Below are positions 7,776 to 19,002 of a DNA stretch of 64,000 nucleotides, piece by piece. The translations under genes were made by a program, and so were the position numbers. The stretch lies in assembly GCA_050175015.1 (NCBI GenBank), contig JBFXJJ010000004.1:1-64000 (forward strand), given 5' to 3'. The notes under the pieces are model-generated. The model was not told the origin of the DNA. It did not search any database and was given only the letters and a program-made list of their open reading frames with translations. Every line of letters begins with the position of its first letter. The stretch's first letter is position 1. The DNA comes from Alphaproteobacteria bacterium (GTDB lineage: Bacteria; Pseudomonadota; Alphaproteobacteria; JBFXJJ01).

Positions 7776-10280
7776 TTAACTCATAAGTTTCTGCCACCAA
7801 CCCTTTTTAGGTTCCAAATCGTCATTATTATTACTACCAGCACTCTCTATTGCTATACTATGAGCAGCAACCGCAGGCGTATCATTATGATGATAATTTT
7901 TCTCTACATTGTTCTTTTGATTGTGACTAAAAGAGACAACTGAAGCATCAGAATCTGCCGAAGTTTTTTCTTTGATATCATTATTATCTTTCTTGTCTTT
8001 AAATTTATGGCGCTTTCTTAAATTACGAAGCCCCCCTCTTTTTGCTTTTTTCTTATTGTCAGCATTATTGCTTTCATTCTGGGGATTTCTTTCGACGTTA
8101 TTATTATCTTTATTTTTCGAGCTAGAGACATCTTCTTTGACTACATCTCCTTCAGCTTTCACAGAAACCTGTTTTTCTAAACCAACCTCAGTTTTTACCG
8201 CATCAACTTGCCCTTCTGGATTTCTAGGCTTTTTATTTTTATTAAAATTCTTTTTCCTATTGTTTTTACGGTTTTTATTTTTTTGGTTATTACTATTATT
8301 AGCTTGAGAAACTTCTTCCTCTTTAACTTCTTTGGTTTCTTCTTTATTATTTTCCTTCTGCTTGTTATGGCTGTGCTTATTATTCTCTTGAGACTGGGGC
8401 TTAAACTGACTTTGGCTCCTATCTTGATTTTGATGAGAATATTTTTCTTTGCTCTTTTCTTGAACCAATTTTTCAAGATCCATACGATAATCTGTAGCAA
8501 AAATCAAACTAGCATCACCATTAAGTATAATTTCGATATTGTATCTTTCCTCAATCGCATTAATATTTTTACGCTTATAATTAAGAATATAAAGAGCAAC
8601 ATCGTTAGGAACGTTCATTATAATTTTGCTGGCTCTGCGCCTTAAGGCTTCTTCTTCAATAATTCTAATCATAAATATTGAAGCTGATTCAATAGATCTT
8701 ATAAGCCCTTTGCCATTACAATGAGGACAAACAGTATAACTTGTTTCCAAGAAACTGGAATGAATTCTCTGCCTTGAAATTTCCATCAAACCAAAACCGC
8801 TTATTCTTCCTATTTGAATACGGGCACGATCTCGCTTTAAAACTTCTTTCATACGACGTTCAATGGCGTGATTGTTTGCCATCTCGTCCATATCAATAAA
8901 GTCAATAACAACCAAACCAGCGAGATTGCGCAGTCTAAGCTGTCTTGCTATTTCATCTGATGCATCAAGATTTGTTTTTAATGCTGTATCTTCAATGTTT
9001 CTTTCTTTGGTTGCTCGACCAGAGTTAACATCTACTGCAACCAAAGCCTCGGTCTGGTTAATTACCAAATAGCCACCACAATCTAATTGAACAACAGGGC
9101 TATGTAAATTCTCTAACTGACTTTCAATTTGATATCTTTGAAACAAAGAAATGTCAGTTTCTTTATATTGTTTAACTTTACGAGCATGACTCGGGGTAAT
9201 TGTTTTCATAAAATCTTTAGCTACGCGATAACCATTATCACCTTCAACCAAAATTTCATCAATATCTTTAGAGTAAATATCTCTAATCGCCCTTTTTATA
9301 ATATTGCCTTCTTCATAAATTAAAGTAGGAGCCTTAGACTTTAGCGTCTCTTCTCTAATGCTGTTCCACATTTTTATTAGATAATCATAATCTCTTGTGA
9401 TTTCTGATTTATTACGGTCTTTTCCAGCCGTTCTAACTATAATTGCCATATCATCAGTTGTTGGCAATTCTCTAATAATGCTTTTTAAGCGTTTTCTATC
9501 AGTAGAACTCGTAATTTTGCGTGAAACCCCACCATCACGGCCACTATTAGGCATAAGAACACAATATCTTCCTGGCAAAGATAAGTAAGTTGTCAAAGCA
9601 ACACCTTTATTGCCTCTTTCTTCTTTAGTTACTTCAACAAGCATAATCTGATTGCGTTTAATAACTTCTTGAATTTTATATTTCTTAATAAGAGCGTGGT
9701 TATTAGGCTTGCCAGAATCAATATCTAATAAATCTTCATAATCGTCAGTAACCGTTACAACATCTGCATCTAATTCATCACTATCATCGGAAGATTTTTT
9801 TTCTTTTTTCTTTTTATCGTTATTATTATTTCTAGTTTCAACTCTTGCTTCCGCCACAACCTCTTTGCTTTCTGATGTCACAACTTGTTCATCTTCATTA
9901 CCAGAATTTTTTTGAAGATCATCACCATTATTTACATTGGTGGCACCATCATCTGGCAGATTGTCTGTCTCCGAGATACTTTCTGAAATTTCTGGCTGAA
10001 CTTCGGACTTAATCAAGGCTTCTTTATCAGCTACAGGAATTTGATAATAATCAGGGTGAATTTCATTAAACGGCAAAAAACCGTGTCTATTTCCACCATA
10101 ATCTAAAAATGCTGCCTGTAATGACGGCTCAACTCTAATAACTTTAGCTAAATATATATTTCCTTTAATTTGTTTTCTTGTTGATGTTTCTACCTCAAAA
10201 TCATCAAGTTTGTTTCCATCTAAAATAACAACTCTTGTTTCTTCGGAGTGAGAGCTGTCGATAAGCATTCTTTTCGTCAT
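7776..10280 (-). CDS. rne: Ribonuclease E
   Basis: GNIYLAKVIRVEPSLQAAF, DVNSG, IARQLRLRNLAGLVVIDFIDM and Zn-link CPHC motifs; disordered insertion in S1; disordered C-terminal tail ending KKGWWQKL (alphaproteobacterial GWW motif). Confidence 0.96.
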   Translation of the reverse strand: MTKRMLIDSSHSEETRVVILDGNKLDDFEVETSTRKQIKGNIYLAKVIRVEPSLQAAFLDYGGNRHGFLPFNEIHPDYYQIPVADKEALIKSEVQPEISESISETDNLPDDGATNVNNGDDLQKNSGNEDEQVVTSESKEVVAEARVETRNNNNDKKKKEKKSSDDSDELDADVVTVTDDYEDLLDIDSGKPNNHALIKKYKIQEVIKRNQIMLVEVTKEERGNKGVALTTYLSLPGRYCVLMPNSGRDGGVSRKITSSTDRKRLKSIIRELPTTDDMAIIVRTAGKDRNKSEITRDYDYLIKMWNSIREETLKSKAPTLIYEEGNIIKRAIRDIYSKDIDEILVEGDNGYRVAKDFMKTITPSHARKVKQYKETDISLFQRYQIESQLENLHSPVVQLDCGGYLVINQTEALVAVDVNSGRATKERNIEDTALKTNLDASDEIARQLRLRNLAGLVVIDFIDMDEMANNHAIERRMKEVLKRDRARIQIGRISGFGLMEISRQRIHSSFLETSYTVCPHCNGKGLIRSIESASIFMIRIIEEEALRRRASKIIMNVPNDVALYILNYKRKNINAIEERYNIEIILNGDASLIFATDYRMDLEKLVQEKSKEKYSHQNQDRSQSQFKPQSQENNKHSHNKQKENNKEETKEVKEEEVSQANNSNNQKNKNRKNNRKKNFNKNKKPRNPEGQVDAVKTEVGLEKQVSVKAEGDVVKEDVSSSKNKDNNNVERNPQNESNNADNKKKAKRGGLRNLRKRHKFKDKKDNNDIKEKTSADSDASVVSFSHNQKNNVEKNYHHNDTPAVAAHSIAIESAGSNNNDDLEPKKGWWQKLMS

Positions 10281-10728
10281 TAAAATTATTTCTCCATGTC
10301 TTCCTGTTAAACGCTTTGTTTAAAATGTGCGTAAGGAAGATCTTGTTGTGTAATAAACCAGAAAAGCTCCTTGTAATATGAGCTGCGTAAATCAAAATTG
10401 TGTATCTTTTTAAAAATATTTTCATAGATCTAATAACGCTATTTAATTCTGGTTACATATTGTGTTTTAAGAATTTTTTTCAGGGTTATTTATTCGGGGC
10501 GATTTAATTTTATAAAAAACTAAAATTAATTGAAAAACTAAACCGTCCTTGTTTTTGAACAATCAAAAACGCATAAACAACAGCGGAGTATGATAAACAA
10601 AGCTTTAATAAATAACAATCATAAATATCTATGATTTAATATTTTTTTTACTATAATTATGGTTAAATTAGATTCTAATGTTATTTTTTGTTGAATTTTG
10701 CTCATATTTCTTTAAAACAATATATAGA

Positions 10729-12012
10729 ATGACTGATAAAAAAACACTTTTGGAAACAATAATAAAAAGACGCTCGTTTATATCTCATACAGCGCTGCTA
10801 GCTGCTTGCGGAATTATTATGCCTTTTTATCCTTCTTTCGCAGCAACAAGTGCCAAAAGTTTAAGATTGGGCAAGAATGGAGATGGCACAAGATTTGTTT
10901 TAGATGTCTCCAGTGAAATATCATATAAAATGTTTTTTCTAAGCGAACCCAAACGTTTAGTTATTGATATTCCTTCTCTGTCACTTGCTAACATTCCAAG
11001 CGATGTTGCTGATAATGACTGTTTAATTTCTAAGATTCGCTTTGGTGAAGTGGAAAGCGGTGTTTCTAGAATCGTTTTAGATTTAGCTGATGCCACCAAA
11101 ATATCAAGAGCTTTTATTTTGCCGCCTCAAAGCGGTTTTGACTGGCGTTTTGTTGTCGACCTTGAAAAAACTACGGAAAATGATTTTGCCGAAATGATTA
11201 ATGCTAAAACAGTTATAGCAAGCTCAGGCTCGAACTTAACCGCAGATAACAAAAATCACGTCTCAAATGAAACAAAAACATCAAACGATAATGCCATCAA
11301 TGAAGTCAGTAATTCTAATAAAAAGACCATTATTTTAGATCCAGGTCATGGAGGCAGAGACCCTGGTGCTATTGGAATATCTGGTGTGTTTGAAAAAGAA
11401 ATAACTTTAGCAACAGGATTAGAATTAAAAAAACGCCTTGAAAAAACAGGCAAATACAAAGTTATAATGACAAGAAGTAAAGATCAAACTTTAAGTTTGC
11501 GCAAAAGAGTTGAAATTGGAAGACAAGCACGTGGGGACTTGTTTATTTCTCTCCACGCCGACAGCATCGGCAAAAGAGATGTTAAAGGCCTTTCTATATA
11601 CACATTGTCAGAAAAAGCATCTGATAACGAAGCCGCCGCTCTTGCTGTTAGAGAAAACAAAGCTGATATTATTGCTGGCATTGACTTGTATAATGAACTG
11701 CCTGAAGTTGCCAACTTCTTAATTGATTTGACCCGTAGAGAAACTATGAATCTTTCCGCAGAATATGCAACTATTATGGTTAATGAGATGGTTAAATCAT
11801 TTGATTTACTGCGCAACACTCATCGCTTTGCAGGTTTTGCGGTTTTAAAATCACCAGATGTTCCCTCTGTCCTAGTAGAAATGGGATATTTATCAAATCC
11901 AACCGAAGAAAAGCTCTTAAGGCAAAACGCTTATCGTGGCAAAATTGCAGAATCAACCGTTGCTTCTGTTAATAAATTTTTCAACTCTGTAAAAAGTGCA
12001 AGTTTATTTTAA
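10729..12012 (+). CDS. amiC: N-acetylmuramoyl-L-alanine amidase (AMIN + Amidase_3), Tat-exported
   Basis: Twin-arginine KRRSFI signal, AMIN-like RFVLD/RLVID repeats, and LDPGHGGRDPGA, EK, SLHAD, SVLVEMGYLSN motifs. Start placed at ATG 10729 (ORF track gives 10678). Confidence 0.92.
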   Translation: MTDKKTLLETIIKRRSFISHTALLAACGIIMPFYPSFAATSAKSLRLGKNGDGTRFVLDVSSEISYKMFFLSEPKRLVIDIPSLSLANIPSDVADNDCLISKIRFGEVESGVSRIVLDLADATKISRAFILPPQSGFDWRFVVDLEKTTENDFAEMINAKTVIASSGSNLTADNKNHVSNETKTSNDNAINEVSNSNKKTIILDPGHGGRDPGAIGISGVFEKEITLATGLELKKRLEKTGKYKVIMTRSKDQTLSLRKRVEIGRQARGDLFISLHADSIGKRDVKGLSIYTLSEKASDNEAAALAVRENKADIIAGIDLYNELPEVANFLIDLTRRETMNLSAEYATIMVNEMVKSFDLLRNTHRFAGFAVLKSPDVPSVLVEMGYLSNPTEEKLLRQNAYRGKIAESTVASVNKFFNSVKSASLF

Positions 12013-12101
12013 ATAATTTAGCCTTAAAGGGTTGTGATATTCTAAATTTTGTGTGATAAATACCAACAATCATTATATCTTAAAATAGCTAGTAAAAAAG
12101 T

Positions 12102-14495
12102 ATGAAAATATTATCGTCATTTTTTAGTTTTATGTTTGTAGCAATTATAGTCGGAACTATTTTTGCTCTTTATATTGTCGGACATTACAGCAAAGATTTA
12201 CCAGATTATCGCCAATTAGCTAATTATGAACCACCTATAACCAGCCGCTTTTATGCTGGTGATGGTAGTTTCTTATCCGAATTCGCAATTGAAAAACGCT
12301 TATTTGTTCCTTTCGATGTTTTTCCCAAACGTTTAATCGAAGCTTTTTTATCCGCCGAAGACAAAAACTTTATGACCCACCCTGGAATTGACATAACAGG
12401 TATTTTACGAGCAATCGTAAGCAATGTTAAAGCTATTGGATCACACCGCAGAATGATGGGCGGCTCTACAATTACCCAACAGGTTGCCAAAAACTTTCTT
12501 TTGACTAGTGCTCATACTTTTGAAAGAAAAATAAAAGAAGCTATTTTAGCATTTCGAATAGAGCGAGCTTTTTCTAAAGAACATATTTTAGAACTTTATC
12601 TAAATGAGATTTATTTAGGATATGGTTCCTATGGCGTAGCCGCGGCAGCGATAAACTATTTTAATAAATCGCTTGATGAGCTTACTTTAGAAGAATGTGC
12701 TTTTCTTGCCGCTTTGCCCAAAGCCCCTAACAACTATAATCCGGCTACCCATTATGATGAAGCATTAGCACGCCGCAACTGGGTTATCAACCGTATGTTA
12801 GACGACGGCAAAATAACCAAAGAGGAAGCTGATGCAGCTCAAACAGTAGAACTAAAAACGCTTCCGCCTAAAGATAAAAAATTCATAGATAATAGTGAAT
12901 ATTTTACTGAGGAAGTTCGCAGAGAACTCCAAGATATATATGGAGAAAAAGCTTTATATGAAGGTGGTCTAGCCGTTAGAACAACGCTTGACCCATTTTT
13001 GCAAGAGACGGCGTATAATGTGTTACAAAAAGGTTTAGAAAACTATGACCGTAGACGTGGTTATAGAGGAGCTTTAGCTGATATTGAAACTGGAGATAAT
13101 TGGTTAGATAATTTAAAAACTGCCGATAGTCCTGTTGGTATAAAACCTTCTTGGGAAAAAGCTGTTGTCATAAAACTAAACAATAATGATGTCGAAATTG
13201 GATTAGAAAGCGGAGAAAAAGGAACAATATCTCTTGATGAACTCAAATGGGCAAGAAGAATTCATAAAGATGATACTGTAGATCCTCCAATTACCAAACC
13301 ATCAGAAGTTTTAAAAACAGGGAATGTTGTTTTAGTTGAAAAATTAAAAGATAATGCTTATGGATTAAGGCAGATTCCAGAGGTCAACGGTGCCATAGTT
13401 GCGATGGATCCACATACGGGAAGAGTTTTAGCTATGGTGGGAGGCTATTCTTATAAACGCTCCCAATTTAATCGTGTAATTCAAGCTAAACGCCAGCCAG
13501 GTTCATCTTTTAAACCCTTTATTTATTTAGCAGCTTTAGATTCAGGTTATACTCCAGCGGATTTGATTCTTGATGCCCCTTATGTTGTCGAGCAAGGTGA
13601 AGGTATGCCCGTATGGAAACCTGTTAATTACGGCTCTGTTTTCTATGGTCCGACAACGCTTCGTATGGGTGTTGAAAAATCTCGTAACTTGATGACGGTA
13701 AGATTAGCTGAAGCTATCGGAATGCCAAAAGTTTCAGAATATGCTAAAAAATTTGGTATTTATGACAATCTTCCTCCTTTAATGTCAATGTCATTAGGAG
13801 CAGGAGAAACAAGCCTGATGCGCTTAGCTTCGGCTTATGCTATTCTTGTTAATGGCGGCAAAAGAGTCATTCCTACTTTAGTTGACAGAGTTCAAGACCG
13901 CAAAGGACGCACCATTTTCCGCCACGATGCTAGAATTTGCGATGCTTGCAGTTCAGATGAATGGAACGGCGATGTTCCTCCCCCTCTTCCTGATGATAGA
14001 GAAGAAGTTGTAAATCCTTTAAGCGCTTATCAAATGGTTAGTATTCTTCAAGGTGTTGTTGAGAGAGGAACAGGCATTTCTATTAGTTATCTTCACAAAC
14101 CACTAGCAGGAAAAACAGGAACAACCAACGATAACTATGATGCTTGGTTTATGGGCTTTTCTCCTGACTTGGTTGCTGGCGTTTTTGTTGGCTATGACAA
14201 CCCTAAATCCTTAGGAAAGAAAGAAACAGGAAGCCGTGTTGCTGCTCCAATATTTAAAGATTTTATGAAAAAAGCTCTTGAAAATGTTCCCAACATTCCG
14301 TTCCGAATACCATCTGGCATAAAACTGGTTCGAATTAATTATTTAACAGGAAAACCAGCCAAAACAGGTGATGAAAAAGTAATATGGGAAGCATTTAAGC
14401 CTGATACTATTATTGGCGAAGATCGTAAGATTATTGGTGGCAATACTGCAATTAACGAAACTGAAGGCGATTTTAGTTTCAGTGGTCAATATTAA
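12102..14495 (+). CDS. mrcA: Penicillin-binding protein 1A
   Basis: Transglycosylase motifs EDKNF, GGSTITQQVAKN, RKIKE and ILELYLN; OB-like insertion; transpeptidase motifs SSFK, SRN and KTG. Confidence 0.95.
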   Translation: MKILSSFFSFMFVAIIVGTIFALYIVGHYSKDLPDYRQLANYEPPITSRFYAGDGSFLSEFAIEKRLFVPFDVFPKRLIEAFLSAEDKNFMTHPGIDITGILRAIVSNVKAIGSHRRMMGGSTITQQVAKNFLLTSAHTFERKIKEAILAFRIERAFSKEHILELYLNEIYLGYGSYGVAAAAINYFNKSLDELTLEECAFLAALPKAPNNYNPATHYDEALARRNWVINRMLDDGKITKEEADAAQTVELKTLPPKDKKFIDNSEYFTEEVRRELQDIYGEKALYEGGLAVRTTLDPFLQETAYNVLQKGLENYDRRRGYRGALADIETGDNWLDNLKTADSPVGIKPSWEKAVVIKLNNNDVEIGLESGEKGTISLDELKWARRIHKDDTVDPPITKPSEVLKTGNVVLVEKLKDNAYGLRQIPEVNGAIVAMDPHTGRVLAMVGGYSYKRSQFNRVIQAKRQPGSSFKPFIYLAALDSGYTPADLILDAPYVVEQGEGMPVWKPVNYGSVFYGPTTLRMGVEKSRNLMTVRLAEAIGMPKVSEYAKKFGIYDNLPPLMSMSLGAGETSLMRLASAYAILVNGGKRVIPTLVDRVQDRKGRTIFRHDARICDACSSDEWNGDVPPPLPDDREEVVNPLSAYQMVSILQGVVERGTGISISYLHKPLAGKTGTTNDNYDAWFMGFSPDLVAGVFVGYDNPKSLGKKETGSRVAAPIFKDFMKKALENVPNIPFRIPSGIKLVRINYLTGKPAKTGDEKVIWEAFKPDTIIGEDRKIIGGNTAINETEGDFSFSGQY

Positions 14496-14519
14496 ATTTA
14501 AGCTTTGTAGGATATAATT

Positions 14520-15615
14520 ATGAAAGCAGAAACTGAAACAACAATAGAAGAGATTAAACAGTCTTTAGAACTTTTACGGAGGCGTCTTTGACTGGGAAAA
14601 CGCCCTGATAAGACTTGATGAACTTAATGCTTTAACTGAAGATCCTAATCTTTGGGATAATCCCAAAAAAGCTCAAACTTTAATGAAAGAAAAAAACAAT
14701 CTTGAGGCAGGCATCAATGATTGTTTAAAACTTGAAAAAGAAACGAAAGACACGATTGAATTAATTGAGCTCGCCGAACTTGAAGATGATGAAGCCATAA
14801 TAACAGAAGCCGAAAATAATCTTTTAAAAATAAAGAAAGAAGCCGCAGTTAGAGAACTTGAAGCTCTACTTTCTGGTGAAGCAGACAGCAATGATTGCTA
14901 TTTAGAAATTCATGCAGGTTCAGGTGGAACCGAAGCTCAAGACTGGGCAGAAATGCTTATCAGAATGTATACCAGATGGGCAGAAAAACATAACTATAAA
15001 GTAGAATATGTTGAAGAACAGGCTGGTGATGTCGCAGGAATCAAATCCGTTACGATAAAGATTATCGGCAACAATGCTTATGGCTGGCTCAAGACCGAAA
15101 GCGGCGTTCATAGGCTTGTTAGGATATCTCCTTTTGACTCTTCGGCAAGAAGACACACAAGCTTTGCATCGGCTTGGGTTTATCCTGTAATTGATGACAG
15201 CATAAACATTGTAATTGATGAAAAAGATTGCCGAATTGACACTTATCGTTCATCTGGTGCCGGCGGCCAACACGTTAACAAAACAGATAGTGCTGTTCGT
15301 ATAACTCATAATCCAACAGGAATAGTTGTGCAGTGCCAACAAGAACGATCTCAAATACAAAACAGAGCGGCTGCTTGGAATATGCTTAAAGCTAAGCTTT
15401 ATGAGTTGGAACTTAAAAAACGCGAAGAACAAGCCAATGCTATTGAAGAAACCAAAACCGATATTGGCTGGGGACATCAAATTAGATCTTATGTTTTGCA
15501 GCCTTATCAAATGATTAAAGACTTAAGAACTGAAGTAGAAACATCAGATACTAGGGGCGTGCTTGATGGTGATTTGGATATTTTCTTATCAGCATCTTTA
15601 GCTGCAAAGGTTTAA
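14520..15615 (+). CDS. prfB: Peptide chain release factor 2, decoded by a programmed +1 frameshift
   Basis: ATG 14520 frame reads [23 protein letters not shown] then CTT TGA C (14586-14592). The +1 frame (DWENAL...) joins the 14683 ORF, which has the SPF and GGQ motifs. Confidence 0.96.
14578..14592 (+). promoter_or_regulatory. RF2 autoregulatory +1 frameshift cassette
   Basis: Internal SD GGAGG (14578-14582), 3-nt spacer, then CTT TGA C. Confidence 0.93.
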
Positions 15616-15619
15616 AAGC

Positions 15620-16396
15620 ATGAATAAAACAAGTTTTTTTTGGTGTTTTATGATTACTTTTGGAATTGCGGCCTGCACCCAAAACATACCTGCTTTAGTT
15701 AATGATATTCCTGAAAATAATGCTCTTAACGATTTGCAACTAGTTGATAACGAAACCTACAAATTAGGGATTAAAAACTTTTTACAAAACAATGGTGAAG
15801 GTTTCATAACCGTTTTTAGCAAGAATACACTTGGAGTTAAGTTTGCAGAAGATGACTGGCATATCATCGCAGCAACCGCAGAAGATATTATCGCTCAAAC
15901 CTGCTATGGCGATTATACCATTAAAGGACATCACCAAATATCTGACAGTACTATATTTAAACTCTATGATAATATGTATAACAATGGTTTTGAGTTTGCC
16001 TATAATTGCAATATCCGCAATGTACCTTATGATAAATCCAATATCCGCAAAATTTACGAAAAATGGGAAAATGCTGAACACAATGTTTTTAATTATAAGA
16101 CATACACCATAAAATACGATTTGCTTAAACCCAAGGATGATGAGTTTAATTTCCGCTTAAGAATGCTGCGCACAGGCAATGAACTATCAAGCAGTCAAGC
16201 CAAAAGAATCATTAATGAAGTTGCGGCCAAACAAATGAAAACTTTGTGCGGAGATGATTACAATATTGCCAATATCAGGCAAAAACCAACTATTGATGTT
16301 ATTTTTAAAAATCCATATTATCAAGTAATCGATAGCGTATATGTTTATGAATATACCAATAACTGCACTCCTACTTTTAAAACCAATAAGGAGTAG
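15620..16396 (+). CDS. Hypothetical lipoprotein with an internal two-domain duplication
   Basis: Lipobox-like IAAC after a hydrophobic stretch; two related segments (IIAATAEDIIAQTCYGDYTI...FEFAYNC and IINEVAAKQMKTLCGDDYNI...YEYTNNC). Confidence 0.7.
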   Translation: MNKTSFFWCFMITFGIAACTQNIPALVNDIPENNALNDLQLVDNETYKLGIKNFLQNNGEGFITVFSKNTLGVKFAEDDWHIIAATAEDIIAQTCYGDYTIKGHHQISDSTIFKLYDNMYNNGFEFAYNCNIRNVPYDKSNIRKIYEKWENAEHNVFNYKTYTIKYDLLKPKDDEFNFRLRMLRTGNELSSSQAKRIINEVAAKQMKTLCGDDYNIANIRQKPTIDVIFKNPYYQVIDSVYVYEYTNNCTPTFKTNKE

Positions 16397-16417
16397 GTTC
16401 TCAAACGGACACCCTAA

Positions 16418-17230
16418 ATGATACAAAAAATGATAATTAATACCCTTGCAATTTTACTTGTTTTTTATGTCTTAGTCGTTTTAGCGGTATATATCATACA
16501 GCGTGATTTACTGTATTTTCCACCATCGGAACCACCTTCAAAAGAACATATTTTTATTCCTTATATATCAGAAATCACGATTGAAACGTATGACAAATTA
16601 AAACTGACAGCGTGGTTTGTGCCGCCTCGAGAAGGAATGCCTATTATCATTCATTTTCACGGCAATGCTGGCTGCATTTCTGGTTCAGCTTATAAAATGC
16701 AGCAATTAGCTGCGAGAGGATACGGTTTTTTATTTCCTGAATATCGAGGCTATTGCGGCAATGCAGGAAAACCCAAAGAAAAAGATTTAATCAATGACGG
16801 ACTATCAGCTATTAACTACTTAAAAGCTAAAAACTATAACGAAAATCAAATTATCGTTTATGGAGAATCTTTAGGCAGCGGAATAGCTATTGCTTCAGCA
16901 AAGGACTTAAACTTAAAAGCGGTAATTATCGAATCAGGATTTAGCTCAATTACCGAAACAGCCCAAGAGATTTATTGGTATTTTCCCGCATCTTTAATGG
17001 TCAAAGACAGCTTTAGAAATGATTTGCGGATAAAAAATGTTAAAGCGCCGTTATTAATAATCCATGGCAGCAACGACAATACCGTTAATGTTAAACAAAG
17101 CCAAAAATTGTTTAATCTTGCAAATGATAACCCAAAAACTTTAAAAATAGTTGATGGTGGTGAACATAACAAACTCTTCAATTTTGGGCTTATTGACATT
17201 GTTGATAATTGGATAAAAACACTATCGTAA
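16418..17230 (+). CDS. Membrane-anchored alpha/beta hydrolase (BEM46/ABHD13-like)
   Basis: N-terminal TM and QRDLLYFP, FHGNAG, EYRGY, nucleophile GESLG, HGSND and GGEHN motifs. Confidence 0.88.
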   Translation: MIQKMIINTLAILLVFYVLVVLAVYIIQRDLLYFPPSEPPSKEHIFIPYISEITIETYDKLKLTAWFVPPREGMPIIIHFHGNAGCISGSAYKMQQLAARGYGFLFPEYRGYCGNAGKPKEKDLINDGLSAINYLKAKNYNENQIIVYGESLGSGIAIASAKDLNLKAVIIESGFSSITETAQEIYWYFPASLMVKDSFRNDLRIKNVKAPLLIIHGSNDNTVNVKQSQKLFNLANDNPKTLKIVDGGEHNKLFNFGLIDIVDNWIKTLS

Positions 17231-17366
17231 GAATAAACAATATTTCATTCCGCATCAGAAACAGAAAACTTCTTTTGTAGTTTTTATAGTTTTGAACTAA
17301 TGGCGTTGTTTACAAACGCAACTAAGCCAGCGTGAAACGATTTTATCACCTCAATTTTATAATTTT

Positions 17367-17395
17367 AGGGGGCAGCTTATTTTGAGCTGCACTCT
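17367..17395. terminator. Hairpin between the convergent hydrolase and pepA genes
   Basis: AGGGGGCAGCTTA / TGAGCTGCACTCT imperfect stem with weak T tails. Confidence 0.4.
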
Positions 17396-17511
17396 AATTA
17401 TTATTAAACCTAAGGACTAAATCTTTTGAACGCAACTCAAACTATTCTACAATTTCCATAGTAGACGAATAACAACTATAATTTAAGCAAACACGGCTAC
17501 AATAATAAAAA

Positions 17512-18999
17512 CTATTCTAAATTATCTTTAATAAAACTATCTAAAAGACGCACACCAAATCCTGTTGCTCCTTTAGGATATAAAGGTTTATCTTTTTTTA
17601 TCCAAGCTGTGCCTGCAATATCAAGATGCGCCCACTTCGTTTCTTCTTTTACAAATCTTTTTAAGAATTGGGCTGCAGTAATACTGCCGCCTGCTTTCCC
17701 GCCAACGTTTTTCATATCGGCAATATCAGAATTGATTAATTCATCATAAGCCTCGCCCAAAGGAAGACGCCATACATATTCACCAGTTTTTTCACCAGAC
17801 TTAAAAATTTTATCGGCTAGTCCATCATCATTAGAAAAGAGGCCGGCTCTTTCATTTGCCAAAGAAATAATAATTGCTCCTGTAAGAGTTGCTAAATCAA
17901 CCATTATTTCTGGTCTAAACTTTTCTTGAGCATACCACATAGCATCGCCTAAAACCATACGACCTTCAGCATCGGTTGAGATTATTTCAACCGTTTGTCC
18001 CGAAAGCGACTGTACAATATCACCTGGTCTTGATGCTTTTCCTGAGGGCATATTTTCAACAAGTCCTGCTACGGCAACGACATTGGCTTTGGCTTTTCTT
18101 AGAGCAAGCGTTTTCATTAAGGCCGTTGCGACAGCAGCTCCAGCCATATCCATTTTCATTTCTTCCATACCGTCAGGAGATTTTAAGCTGATGCCACCAG
18201 TATCGAATGTTACACCTTTACCGATAACAGCTAATTGCACCCTATCATTTTTAGGATTGCCATTAAAGCGCATTACAGCAAGCTTTGAGGAAATATCTGA
18301 TCCCTGTCCTACTGACAACATCATATTTAAGCCAAGATTTTTCAATTCTTCTTGCTCAATAACCTCAACCTCAACACCTAAGTTTCTTAACTCTAGTGCT
18401 TCTTTAGCAAAGCTTTCAGGATTAACAACGTTTCCTGGTTCAGATACTAAATTTCTAACCATCGTCATACCTTGAAGCAGGCTGTCTAAATCTTCATATT
18501 TCTGTCTTGCTTCCTCAGGATTTTCACAAAGTATGAAAAGATTATCGATAGAAGATTTTTCTTCAATTTTGGCAGTTGTCTTGTATTTATCAAAACTATA
18601 ATTACCGCAAATAGCTCCAAAACAAGCTTGAGAAGCACAATCCGCACCATCAGAAAAATCAACGGTCAAATAGACATCTTTAACACCGCTTTTTAATACC
18701 GCTCCCACAGCTTTAGCTGCGGTTTCTTCTAAAATAAGAGGCGTCATTTCGCTTTTTTTGCCAACGCTTGCAATCACAATTCTATCAAAATCGGTGCCAG
18801 CAGGAGTTGTAATCACAGCGGTTTGATATTTCTTGCCTTCAAAACGCAAATTGTTTAACGCTTTTCTAATTGTTCCTTTGGTTTCATTGTCAATTTTAGA
18901 AAACAAAGGGGTTGCCATTTCACTGTTAGTTATAATTATAAGGGTTCCACTATTGGGAAAATTTTTAGTAAATACAGCTTTCATAACCTGCTTCTCCAT
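17512..18999 (-). CDS. pepA: Leucyl aminopeptidase (M17)
   Basis: GKGVTFDTGGISLK, MKMDMAGAA, STDAEGR, DLATLTGA and WAHLDIAG motifs. Confidence 0.96.
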   Translation of the reverse strand: MEKQVMKAVFTKNFPNSGTLIIITNSEMATPLFSKIDNETKGTIRKALNNLRFEGKKYQTAVITTPAGTDFDRIVIASVGKKSEMTPLILEETAAKAVGAVLKSGVKDVYLTVDFSDGADCASQACFGAICGNYSFDKYKTTAKIEEKSSIDNLFILCENPEEARQKYEDLDSLLQGMTMVRNLVSEPGNVVNPESFAKEALELRNLGVEVEVIEQEELKNLGLNMMLSVGQGSDISSKLAVMRFNGNPKNDRVQLAVIGKGVTFDTGGISLKSPDGMEEMKMDMAGAAVATALMKTLALRKAKANVVAVAGLVENMPSGKASRPGDIVQSLSGQTVEIISTDAEGRMVLGDAMWYAQEKFRPEIMVDLATLTGAIIISLANERAGLFSNDDGLADKIFKSGEKTGEYVWRLPLGEAYDELINSDIADMKNVGGKAGGSITAAQFLKRFVKEETKWAHLDIAGTAWIKKDKPLYPKGATGFGVRLLDSFIKDNLE

Positions 19000-19002
19000 T
19001 AA

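Noticed and set aside
7972-8645. Hydrophobic + strand ORFs (7972-8307, 8208-8645) resembling membrane proteins
   Set aside because: Antisense to the Lys/Asn/Glu-rich disordered tail of RNase E, which yields Phe/Leu-rich shadows.
10281-10728. Long rne/amiC intergenic region as a possible ncRNA
   Set aside because: No recognisable RNA family motif; it is consistent with divergent promoters and the long 5' UTR usual for rne.
14683-15615. ORF-track 310-aa RF2 suggesting a truncated gene or pseudogene
   Set aside because: Explained by the canonical CTT TGA C programmed frameshift; the true start is 14520.
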